Shown: piece by piece, positions 1-25,700 of the stretch
Layout of the letters: the number at the start of each line of letters is the position of its first letter
Numbering within the stretch: the stretch's first letter is position 1
Assembly (NCBI RefSeq): GCF_036321535.1
Contig: NC_087436.1
Location: forward strand, 122,946,001-123,010,000
Length of the DNA stretch: 64,000 nt
Reading direction: 5' to 3'
DNA from: Camelus dromedarius
Lineage: Eukaryota
Translations under genes and position numbers: made by a program
Notes under the pieces: model-generated
Told to the model about the DNA's origin: nothing
Seen by the model: only the letters and a program-made list of their open reading frames with translations
The model's database searches: none

Positions 1-93
1 ATGGGCACTACAGCCTGGAGGATTTGGGGGCCAAGGACACAGGTAGAAAGGAACGGATTTAGGGGGTGTAGGGGTAGGACTGCACTCACGCAC

Positions 94-14634
<14,541 letters not shown>

Positions 14635-15759
14635 GGCAGGGGCGCCAGGGCACCCCAACCCTATAGACCCACCCGACCTTTGTCGCTCCCGGAGCCGAGG
14701 TCCGCGCCCCACGGCCGGTTCCGCCTCCGGGTTGCGCGCCACGTGACCGCCGGCGCCGGGAGGGGCCTCGGCAGGAACGGGCCAGGAGGAGTCTGGCCGG
14801 CGGTGGGAGGTGGGAGGGGCCGGGGCGGTGGGCGAGGAAGCGGGTTAGTGGACGTGAGGTCGCTGACCCGGGTCGGTGGGCGTGGGGCGGAGCGGGCCCC
14901 CGGAAAGTGGTGGCTGTGCGCGGTGTCTGGCGGAAGGTGGGAGGCGGTGCCGGGGTGGTGGGCGTGGAGCGGGGCTGTGGGAGGGGCGTGTCTGGGGAGG
15001 GGGAAAGCGGTAGATATGGGCGGGGTCAGGAGGGAGTGGGCGGGGGCGGGGATGTGGGCGCGAGGCAGTGGGGCCGGAGGCTGGGGCCGTGGACGTGGCG
15101 GCGGGGCCGGGGCAGTAGGTGTAGGGGGCAAAGGGTCGGCAGCCCCCAGCAGGTAGTGCCCCTCCGTCCCCTCCCGCGCTGAGGCGCTGAGCGCGCTGTG
15201 GGCACTGGACGACACTTGGAAAGCACCTGGTTTTTAGCCGCACGGGTGAGAACCGTCATCTGCAACGCTTCATAAGGTCGGCCCTCGGAGCAGGAAGGAG
15301 CCTAACGCATGGCTCAGACCTGCGATGGTTGGGCGGTGGGCAGAGGTGGTCAGATGTGGGACACATTTGGAAGGTGGACTGGTGACCCTAAGGAATTTGA
15401 CTGCAGCAGCGTGGGGGTGTGCCGTTTTCGGAGAGGGGCGCGGTTGTAAAGCAGCAGGGGTGGCCAGAGAGCTAAGCTGCCTTTAAGAAGCCAAGTGGAC
15501 GTCCCTTCAGGACAGCCAGGCAGCCTGGCCTGGGTGTTGGGGAGGTGGCGGTCAGCGGTGTAGGTGTTTAAGCTTTCAGCTGCATGCATATGCTGCATGT
15601 GTGTGTCTGTATACCTGCCTGTCCTGGAGGTCGCACAGCATCTTCCCCACCAACCGAAGGTCTCGGAACCCAGGGGAGGACCCCTTCCCTGCACGTCCTC
15701 CCTCAGTCAGTAGAACCCACCCGGAGCCAGTCGCTGTTGCCAGTCCCTTGGGTCGGTGA

Positions 15760-16200
15760 CAGAGACAGCATCTGAAGAGACAGGAACTGATAATGTTCTT
15801 AACGTGATGGAAGCCATCCAGCCACAGAATCAAGAGGTGCTCTGTAGCCGGAGGAAAAGTAGAAAGAAAGCAGAATCCAAGCTTCTAATGAAAAGCAGAA
15901 ACCAAAGACAAAGGGAACACCTTCAAAGCAGCAGGAGGAAAAGAGGGCCTGCAACCCTTGAAGTGCGGAACCACAAAGAAGAACACTGACTTCCAGCCGA
16001 GGCGACTGAAACCAGCAGACGAGGAAACAAAAACTTCAAGGCAAATAACTCATAGCCAGACTTCTACCTCCAGCAAAAAGTCTACTTCGAAAACAGAGGT
16101 CAAATAAAGACACTCCAGAGAAACAAAGTCTGAACATGTGTCTCCACTGACCCCCTTTACCGAAGCGGTGATTGGTGTCCTTCCAGGAAAAGAAGGATCC
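15760..16200 (+). mobile_element. L1 ORF1 remnant
   Basis: A-rich and degenerate; ccagcaaaaagtctacttcgaaaacagaggtcaaataaagacactccagagaaacaaagtctga resembles the C-terminal coding region of L1 ORF1. Confidence 0.6.
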
Positions 16201-16789
16201 TGTCCCTGGAGATGCAGGGAGGGATGAGACGCAGCACAAAGAGCCTACTGTACATGAACCTAACGCAGCGACACACACAACAGCAGCTGCACCTCATGGG
16301 GCTCGAAATACACCCAGAGACTAAGGGGTATGCAGGGTTGTGAGGGGAACACGGGTGTGCGGGCAGTGGCTCCCAGCCGCCCCCACGACCCAGAGTGTGC
16401 GCTCTGCCGGTGTGACTAAGCTAAGGGTCTGGAGATGGAAGATTAACTGGGTGCTGGGGAGCAGGGTCCTGGTGGTGGGACCACAGTGGCATAGTGTGGT
16501 TTTCCAGGTGAGGCACCCTTAACTTTTCCAGGTGAAAAACAGGAACATAGGGGTCTGTTTTCTCCCCTCTATGCTCTTACATCAGTCTTGTCTTCCATTC
16601 TTTTCTCCCTCCTCATTTCTTTATTCGTTTATTTTTCTGTTTGGTATTTTGTCGCTGTCTCTGGCTGGAAGAGGACCAGGCAGCACCACCAACCTTTCTT
16701 CTCTTAAACAAAATCCTGATTTTTCTCTTTAAAAAAATCTGGCCTGTATCTCTAAGCAGGTGAGAATGATTTCCCTTCTGTCCCCCTGT

Positions 16790-17300
16790 CTGTCTCTAAC
16801 TGTACTGGTGATAGTGGCTTATTTTCGGTATTTTGGGTGCTCTGGCACTCGGGGTCTTGGTCCTGGAGAGGCTGCCCTTCCTGGACCAGCCAGTTCCTGG
16901 AACCAACTGAGCCTCCCCACAAATGGATGGGACCAGAGCCCCCACCCCTGCCAGCCCTTCTCCCCCCTCTCACATGCCATGCTGATGTCCCATCTGCACC
17001 AGCTCACCCCAGGGCCATGTACCCAACAGCCAGAGGCTGTCCCCAGAGCTCAGGCTGCCAAAATCATTCAAAACGTCCAGTCCTCAATTGACTGTGTGTA
17101 CCTGGACTGCCTCACCCATCCCTTCCTGCGAAAACCCCAATAAAGGCTCTGGGCCACATTGTCTCCACTCCTGCTTCTGTTTCCTGACCCAAAGCTGTGG
17201 TCCCAGTGTCCCTGCATGTTGCGGGGTCCCTCCTCTTGAGAAATGTCATAAATTCTTTCTTCAAAGGCAGGTGTCTCCGTGACTGTCACCTCACCCTGTC
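16790..17300 (+). mobile_element. Solo ERVL-class LTR remnant (MER21/MER77-like)
   Basis: ttcctgcgaaaaccccaataaaggctctgggccac...ctgcttctgtttcctgacc resembles the R region of this LTR class; AATAAA at 17139-17144. Confidence 0.5.
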
Positions 17301-17929
17301 TGATGAAAACAAACCTGGGTACACATTTTAAAACGAAGGTGCAGTGCTGCTGGCTTTGATGATGGAGGAGGGGCCGCGAGTTGGGGAGGGCCCAGAACAG
17401 GGCTACAGGAGCAGCCTCTGGAGGGGACATGGCCCTGCCCATGCCTGGAACACATGCAGAGGGCTTCTGCCAGCCTATACTGGGACTGTCTTCCAGAACC
17501 GCGTGGACGGCATGGCACAGCAGGGACACGTGGGTCCGCACAGTGGCCTGGGTTCATGAGGGCCTGGGTCATACACTCACATGGTTTTGTGACATTTGCT
17601 AAACTAGGACAGCATGACCACAGCGGTTCCCACACTATCTTGGGTCCCCGTCACACTTCCCCTCTTGCTGGGGTGGGGCTGGGGTGGCACTTTCGGGGTC
17701 TGGCCAAGGGGAAGCTGAGTGGTGGGAACGTCTGTGGGTCATGGACATGTCTGTCCCTCACTGTCACTTCCTTGCTTAGCGAAGTCAACACCAGACATCC
17801 GGGTGCAGAAAACAGCTTCCAGGAACACCCCTGGCAGTTAGCCAGGGGAAGGAGTGAGTCACATGCACTTTGGGGAAAGGATTGGACATCCTGCTGACTT
17901 CACAGGAAACGCTGACACTGACAAGACAG

Positions 17930-18430
17930 AGTGGACCCCACAGTCAGTGTGACAAGGGCACCATGTAAGAAGGCCCGTCAGAGCACAGGGGCATTTTGGA
18001 TGAGTCATGACACAAGAAAAGTGCACTACCCTGAGCCGCCTCAGCTTCCAGATGAGACAGACTCAACAAAGTTGTCTCCAGGCTTGGCAGCAGCCTCGGC
18101 AATGTGCATGACACAACCAGGAATGAGTTTTTCTCTCTCTTCTCTCCCTGGACAATGACATTACGAAATTGTTATAAAAAGAGACAATAAAAATGTAGAT
18201 GAAAACAGAATCATTGTGGAGTAGGAAGCAGTTATGAATGAAAGTTGTAGGGTTTTTTCCTGGATTTTGTGATGTTTGTGCCATTTGTCAGTGTTTTTAA
18301 TGTTCACTTTGTTGTGATTTTCTCTCATTCTGAATAAATGTGTATCTAATTTTATCATAATAATTTTGCATTTTTCTTAAAGACAGCCCATCAACCTCAG
18401 GCTGCCCCAAACCTGGACTGGCCCGCATCA
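17930..18430. mobile_element. Ancient DNA-transposon-like fragment (hAT-Tip100-like)
   Basis: AT-rich island in GC-rich DNA ending ttttcttaaagacagccc...ccccaaacctggactggccc, reminiscent of hAT-Tip100 termini. Family uncertain. Confidence 0.35.
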
Positions 18431-19259
18431 CACTGACTGGCCATGTGTCGGCTGAGTGGACATGAGACCACTTCACATCACACCGCCTGGAGGCTGGCAG
18501 GTGTACACTTGGAGACAGACAGCCCTCTTCCTCAGACAGGAGCATCTTCACAGCCTCAGGGCAGGCAGGTGCTTGAACAGGACTCAAAGGCCCTTCCCAG
18601 AAGGGAAAGGCTGACCAGCTGGCACAGAGGGAAATAAAGAATGCCTTTGACCCAGAACCACCACTGAGAAGGTGATGTGCAGGAGGGTGTGGACGCAGTC
18701 CATCCCAATATTTCCGGGTCCTGTCTTTGCGAAGACCCATTGTCCCCACCATCTACCCTCACGGCACCTTTGAGGTTGCCTGTGGCCGTGTGCCGAGCAT
18801 TGGAAACCAAGGCCCGGCCTTCCTGCGTCCACTCACCGGTGAGTGTGTCCTCCTCCCGTCGGTTCGGTGCTGCATTTCCACTCTTGTGCTCTCGGCTGGT
18901 GATTTTGCTGCTTATACGGGCCCCAGCCTTGTGCTCGTTCCATCCAGCATTCTGCGCGAGAAACTGGGCCGTGCCCGGCAGAGGAGCTCCGGCATCGGGC
19001 GAGCTCCGTTCAGGACAAGGGACAGCGCCGCTGGCCGGAGGGTCAGTGCTGGTGAGTCAACAGTGTGCCTCCAATAGGCGGCCCTGAATGGAAAACACAT
19101 GCAACGGGGTTCCGTGTTGACCCATCGGTGAACATGTTGTGACCAGAGGCTGACGGGAAGCAACTCCGAGTTTCCCCAGAGTGGCTGATCAGCATTCGAG
19201 GACTCAGGGATTCTAAGCTCGTGGCGACTTTATAGAGAGTAAGTTTAAGAAGACTGAGA

Positions 19260-19720
19260 ATGGGCTGTAATTGACAAAGGAGTCACTTCCAGAATGCATA
19301 AAGAATTCCTATAAATCAATAAGAAAAGGACTCAATAAAAAAGTGACAAAGACACCTAGCAGTGTCTCATCAGAACAGCTGTAGATGCAGACCGATCTGG
19401 GACCAGGTGCTGGCCTCCCTCGCCACTGGGTGGCAAAAGCCACAGCAACGTAGATACCTCTGCACCGTTACCAGAGAGGCTGGGATGTGAGACTGCTGGT
19501 GTCCAGGGCTGGCCAAAGTGGGCAGCAGAAGAGAGGGAAGTCTCCTGCTGGTAGAAGTGTGAACTTTCATTTTTGGAGAGCTGTTTGGGATTGTTTTCTA
19601 AGAAGTAAAGGTAAACATGTAGACATGTGTGCACAAGGTATCCAAACACATGGACAAGAATGTTCCCAGAAGTGCTTTTTGTAACAGGCAAGGTCTGGCA
19701 CCAACACCCAAGCCTGCTGA
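19260..19720 (+). mobile_element. Old L1 (L1ME-like) ORF2 end/3' UTR remnant
   Basis: gacaaaggagtcacttccagaatgcataaagaattcctataaatcaataagaaaagg matches the distal L1 ORF2 pattern. Confidence 0.6.
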
Positions 19721-19874
19721 TGTAGAACTGAGGGGCAGCACCTACTGCAGCAGGACACAGACCCACCAGTGGAGCCCAAGACGAAATGTGGGGTGAGAAT
19801 CCAGTCACCAAATAATGCAGGACTGGCCATTTCTGGGCCTTCTGGTCAGGCTGGCAGAGTCTGTGGGAACGTCA

Positions 19875-20195
19875 GGTTTCCTGGGTTCCCAGAACAAAGC
19901 ACCACAAACTGGGTGGCTTAAACAACAGTAGATTCTCCCGCTGATTAGTAAATTGAAACTCTAACCCTATGTGATGGTATTTGCAGGTAGGCCTTTGGGG
20001 GTAATTAGGGTCAGATGAGATTGTAAGGTGTGGGGTCAGTTCTCTCTCTCTCTGTCTGCAGGCCAGGAAGTGGGCCCTCACCAGAAACAACCAGGCTGGC
20101 ACCCTGATCTCAGACTTCCAGCGTCTAGAACCAACAGAAATAAATGTCTGTTGTTTAAATTGACTGTCTGGAATTTTGTTAAATGTCCCAAGCAA
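19875..20195. mobile_element. Two MaLR (MLT1-like) LTR fragments in opposite orientation
   Basis: 19875-19935 is an antisense end (acaaagcaccacaaactgggtggcttaaacaacag). 19960-20195 is sense (gccctcaccagaa...gcaccctgatctcagacttccagc...aataaatgtctgttgtttaa). Confidence 0.75.
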
Positions 20196-21899
20196 AGGTT
20201 TAAGTTTAAGCTTCACCTAGAAGCTGTTAATTATTTTGGAAGGTTTCTAAGAAATTCATGGGACAGTTTGATGGAAGTAGGTTTGCCATTTTAGTTACTA
20301 TACTGGATCAGAAAGCGCAGTTTGAGTTCTGCAGAAATTGTCAGATGTGGGTTTTCCTTTTCAAGATGTTTTCCCTGCTCTCCACTTTCTCACAGAGGGA
20401 GAAAGGTGTGTGCTGAAATCCTATTTCCTTAGAAGCCGGCTGTGGTTTGGATTATGGGGACTGGGCTTCAGTAGAAACCTCCACATCTCGCAGGTGCGTG
20501 GCTGGGCCACCGGGGAGGCAGGTTGGCCTGAGGCAGGTTGGGGGATGTGCTGAGGAGACAGGGAGGAGTGGGCCCTCAGGCCACATGGGTTGAGGCTGGG
20601 AGGGGGAGGTGGGCAGTAAGCCTGATGCTCCGATGCTCCAGTACCCAGGGGCCACCTGAGGAGCCCCACAGGAAGGGGTGTCCTTGCCTTTCCAGCATCA
20701 CTCTGCCCCAGGGCTCTTGTTCCACTCCCAGGATGTCTGTCCTCATGGTCACTCAGTCCTGGCTCCTCCCATCCATGGCTGGCACCAAGACACTAAGTGG
20801 CATTTCGGGCTGGTTTTTCAGTGTGTTGTTGTCTATCTGCCCTAGAACTCAGCCCCAGGGGAGCAGGGAAGCCAGCCCAGGACTCCAGGTGCACAACCAG
20901 GCCAAGCTCCCGCCCACCTTCTCAGGGGTCTGCCATTCTGCTCTTCAGGCCAGCCCCTGGCACCACCCTCCCTCTCTCAGCCACCCATCTCTTCCCTCTG
21001 TCCCCTCTCTGCAGCCCCTCACAGCAAGTTCAGCCTCCAGGCATTTTCCTCTATATTATCCTCCCCTGGCTTCCTCCCCTGCCCTAGTTTTCTCTTCCTC
21101 TGGGGCCCTGCTGCCCCTGCTCGCCCTGCTGGGGTGGGGGCCTGGCTCCAGGATAGCTCACAAAAACAAGGCAGGGACCAGCCAGGTCCCAGGGAGGCCC
21201 CTTGGCCCATGATGCCCAGATTGGTCACTCCCACTGCAATTCGCAGTCAGGGCCACAGGGGCAGGGACCCCGGAGTGGGGCAGGGTGACCCGCCTGGACA
21301 CCTCTCCAGCACCGACTGGAAAAGACAACTCGGGGGAGGGGGGCAGTTTGGGGGCTGGGATTCACTGCATCCCCTGGGAGTGTGGTGGAGGAGGTTCTTT
21401 CACAACGAGGAAGGGTCCAGGAGGCCTGAGACAGAGCACAGACAGGTCAGCTGCCAGGCCATGCAGGAGGGTGCCAGACCCTCCGGCTCCCAAGGCAGAG
21501 CTGATGGGAGGAAAATCCTTTTGCAAGAGACCATCCGCAAGCAGGCGGGACAACAGCGTCCCGGCGGGCTGCAGGCCCTGGCTATCGCTGGCCAGGAGTC
21601 CGGTCTGTGATGAGGACAGGGGCCTAGCTCCTGGGGTTGCTCGCGGCTGGGCAAGGTCCACGCCTCCCAAGACCTTGCAGACAAGAGCCGCCCATGCAAG
21701 GCTGGTTGGAGCATGCAGGGGAGGCAGGCCATCTCAGCCCCAGGGCCATCTCCATCGCCCGCCTCCTCCACCATGGACGCCTAGACGTGGACCCAGAGGT
21801 TCTGGGTCCTCTCCAGACCTCAATCTGGGACCCCCACCCTGGGATCTCAGCCCCTTTCCCGCCCCACTGACTCCAGGAGGACCCCGAGGGCCGAGCCTG

Positions 21900-22760
21900 G
21901 CCTCCAAACCCCACTCTGGGGACCCGGAGCAGGGCGGAGCGCTCTCCACGTCGCCCTGCCCAACCGCGAGCCACTCGCGGGATCCAGGTGCCGCGTGGGA
22001 GGTGTCCGTCTGCGCAGGCGCATGCCTGGGCCCCGAGGTGCAAACCCTTCGCTTCGGGGTCTGAAGGCCGTGTGCCAGGAACCGGATTCCGGCTACTGGC
22101 CTGAGTCTTCGGGCCACCAAAAACATAACCTGTCCACCAGGCCGCACGGCTCGGACCCCAGCCTACTCCGGGATCCGCGGGCCAGCCCGGCAGTGCCCCG
22201 CCAACGCCCCGTCCCCAACAACAGGCCCCGCCCTTCACATCGCCCCGCCCTCAAGACCCGCCCTTCCCCGCCCCTCGCCCCGCCCTGCTGGGCCGCGCCT
22301 GCGCAGTGGCGGTGGGCGCAGTCGGAAGCCCCGTGCGGACCACGGCGGACCGCGGGGGTATCGCAGGGGACCAAGGCCCCTCTCGCCCTCAGCCCGGACC
22401 CGGCACTCGTCCGCCGCTGGGGCTTGGGCTGCCCTGGCCGGGGATGGCGGCGGCAGCTGAGTCCGGGGCCCGCGCCTGGCTTAGCGGTGGCTCCCCGCGC
22501 CCGGGCAGCCCAACCTCCAGCCCGGAGCTGGGCGCCGGAAGCCGCTCGCGACTGGGGCCGGGGTCCGGGCCAGGGTCAGGGATAGAGCGGCCAGGCGCCA
22601 GGCCACCTGGCCCCTCCGCGCCCGGCCACAGCTTCAGGAAAGTGACGCTCACCAAGCCCACGTTCTGCCACCTCTGCTCCGACTTCATCTGGGGGCTGGC
22701 CGGCATCCTGTGTGATGGTGAGCGCCCGCGACCCCACTGTAGACCCCAGCCCCTGGCCCA
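21900..22760 (+). promoter_or_regulatory. DGKQ CpG-island promoter
   Basis: CpG-dense region. NRF1-type TGCGCAGGCGCA at 22011-22022 and GC boxes near 22275-22285, upstream of the ATG at 22444. Confidence 0.85.
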
Positions 22761-25700
22761 GAACGGGCATCTCACCTCTGACCTCTGCACTGCCAGCAAT
22801 GGCCTCCCCAGGACAGAGCTCCTTGCCCCTCTGGGCAGGAGTGTGCCAGGCCCAGACCTTCCCGGGGAAGTGATGAGGACCCGCTCCTCTGGGGTCTGAA
22901 GGCGTCAAATGGCCTTGGCCCCCTCCCCGAGGAAGGTGGAAAGAACTGTTCCCTGGGCTTCCTCACCTGGGTTGGGATCCGATGGGGGAAGGACATCGCA
23001 GCCGCACCGTGCAGGTGCAGTGACGCGAGAGGGGTGAAGCCAGCCAGCCCTGAGCAGGCAGCAAGGGGTAGCACTGTAGCCAGGTAGAGTTGGCCTGGAC
23101 CACTGGCTCCTGGGGCCTGGCCGGGTCAGTCTCCCCTGGGTGCCTGCTGCTGCCCATAGCGGCCGAGTGCTGGTGCTGCCCAGGCTCAGACTCCCAGAGA
23201 GCTGGGCCGGGGCCTGCCGCCGTGAGTGTGACGTGCCCTGACAGGGCTTCCACCCAGCCACCAAGCCAGCCTGGCTGGGCGAGGAGGCCCTCCCTCCTCT
23301 GGCTCCCAGGCAGCTGACACGCATGCTTCCAGTCCTGCTCCCCTCCACAGGGGACCGGGCTTGTGCCTGTCCTGCTCAGGGAAACAGGCTTTTGGCTCTG
23401 GGGGCTAGGGACCACTCAGGCCAGGGCCTGCAGAGGATGCTTGGCTGGATCTGGGTACAGGAGGCTGTGCTCCTCACGCATGATGTCCTCCCTAAGGGGA
23501 ACTGGCAGGAGAAGGCAGGGTCCCCTCAGGGGTATGACTTCCTGCAGGTGGGCTTCAAGGGCAGAGGGGGGAAGAAGTTCATGGAAGGGAAGTGGGGGTG
23601 ATGTGGCAGCTGGTGACCTTGGGGAGCAAAGGGGCCTGACAAGGGTGTGGGAGGAAGAGCCCCTTCCCCTGTCCGGGAGCACCCAGGATGTGGAGGAGGG
23701 AGCAGGGGCTATCTCTGTGGGCCAGAAGGGGAAGCCGGGCGCCACCTGCAGCTGCTGCCTTCCATGCAGAGCCAGTCTGGTGCCTGGAAGGGAGCTGACC
23801 TGCTCTGTGCCTCCCCAGGATGGGTACGGTGCCCCCTCGCTGCCCCGCAGGCCTTGTGAGCATAGCTCACTGCCTTTGGAGCTTCTGGGCCTCCACCCCT
23901 CTGGGCAGGGGCAGGTGCCACCCTCACTGGGCCAGCCACCTTGCCTGCCTCAGGTGGTGGGGGGTGGTCCTGGTCTATCACAGGCTGGCTGTGGTCTGAG
24001 CAGGTGCGTTATGCATGGGAGGGGTAATTAGGGGTGTATGCAGATGTATAGAGTCAGGGAAGGGTGTCCCTGGCCCTGGCGAAGCCGGTCTTGGGGGTAG
24101 GTGGAGATGCAGGAGCTGGCCAGGTGCCCACCTGCCCGCCCACCCTCAGCAAAGACTGCATGTGGGGGTGGGGGTGGGCAGGGGCCGCTCCCAGGACACC
24201 AGAATACACCATCATCCAGGATAGTCCGAGGCACCCAGGGCCCTGCTCCTGCTCTGGGCTCTCAGAGGTGGGGCAGGGGATCAGGCTGTCGCTGGGCCCT
24301 CCCTCTGCTTCTAGGACCAGGGTGAGGGTTAGGAGGGTGGGAATCACTCTGCCCATTATTCCTGCAGTGGGACGGGGCTGGGGCATGGCAGTGGCTCACC
24401 ACTGCGAAACCACCCCCGTCAGGTCTGGGAGAGCAAGCCCACTGTGATGGGCTCTCTGCCCCTCACGGAAGGCTGCAGCCCATCAGTGCCACTGGCTGCG
24501 GCCTCCCTCCCAAGATGCCCTGGGGTCTCTTGATTCCTGTGCGGGACGGGGGCCAACTCACAGGCTCTCATTCCTACAGTCTGCAACTTCATGTCCCATG
24601 AGAAGTGCGTGAAGCACGTGAAGACCCCCTGTACGAGCGTGGCCCCCAGCCTGGTCCGCGTGCGTATGGAGCGTGGGCTACTGCACTTGCCAGGGGAGGG
24701 TGTGGAGGGTCTGGGGAGGCCAGCTCTTGTGGCAGGGGCTGGGCTGGGAGTCAGGCTGGTGGGTTGGATAGGGTGGGCAGTGGCACAAGCCCTGAGGGGC
24801 TGGGGTGGGAGTGTCCCCTTGTGCTGGTCTGGGCTTCTGAGCCGCAGACTGCATCCCTGCACGTGGGCCCCTCCCTGGGCAGAGGCTGGGCCTCACTTCC
24901 TGGTGGTTCTGACCCTGGCCCTGTGGTTCTCCGGGGTCCCAGGTACCCAGCACTGCCTCTCCTGCCTGTCATTGGGCCTCCATTCACCTGTGCTTTAATC
25001 CAGGGGCCAAAATGCATCATGGAGGGCAACAGGCTTGGGGGAGTGGTCAGGGCCTGCACAGCTGGATCAGGCCCGGGCAGGACCAGCTGGGGCCTGAGCT
25101 GCAGAAGGGGCTGTCAGAGATCACAGCCTGGGGCCACCCTGAATTCGTCCTGCACAGGGAATGGGGCATGGGCGTGCTGGGCAGTCCCCAGCAGGACTCC
25201 TTGGGAGCCTGCAGAGGCGAGAGGCACACACAGCACCGTGTTAATAGTGCTCAGGGAGATTCAGGGGCATATAGTGGTCAGGCAAATGGTGGTGGGAGCT
25301 CCCTGGGACAGAAGAAGTGGCGCTTGCGGGACGGGATCAGGGGTGTGGCGCCCGGCTGTAGGCCCCAGGCTAAGGCAGTGCTCTGCCCCTTCCAGGTCCC
25401 TGTGGCCCACTGCTTTGGCCCCCGGGGTCACTACAAGCGCAAGTTCTGTGCGGTCTGCCGAAAGGGCCTGGAGGCGCCGGCGCTTCGCTGCGAAGGTATC
25501 TGCCTCGAGCCTGCTCCGCACCCTTGGGGTCTGAGCCCCACCCTCTCACAGGCACCTGCCCAGGGTGGCCCAGGCCTCCCTGCGATCAGGCGACTGCTCT
25601 GGTTTGGGGAGGGGCGGGGCGGCAGTGTTTGCCGATTCTAGACTTGCCAGCGCAGGGAGGCAGGTGCCGGGGCCGCAGGGGCGCAGGGGCTCGGGGGGGG

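Noticed and set aside
14635-14742. N-terminal extension of IDUA in the ORF track
   Set aside because: The upstream start is GTG inside the E-box. The ATG at 14634 begins a normal signal peptide.
21285-22899. Several 130-260 aa ORFs around the DGKQ promoter
   Set aside because: CpG-island DNA is stop-poor. Only the frame from ATG 22444 matches a protein family.
24605-25534. 309-aa ORF in DGKQ intron 2
   Set aside because: Off-frame over real exons, low-complexity Gly/Pro/Arg/Trp composition, and no recognisable domain. Expected in GC-rich DNA.
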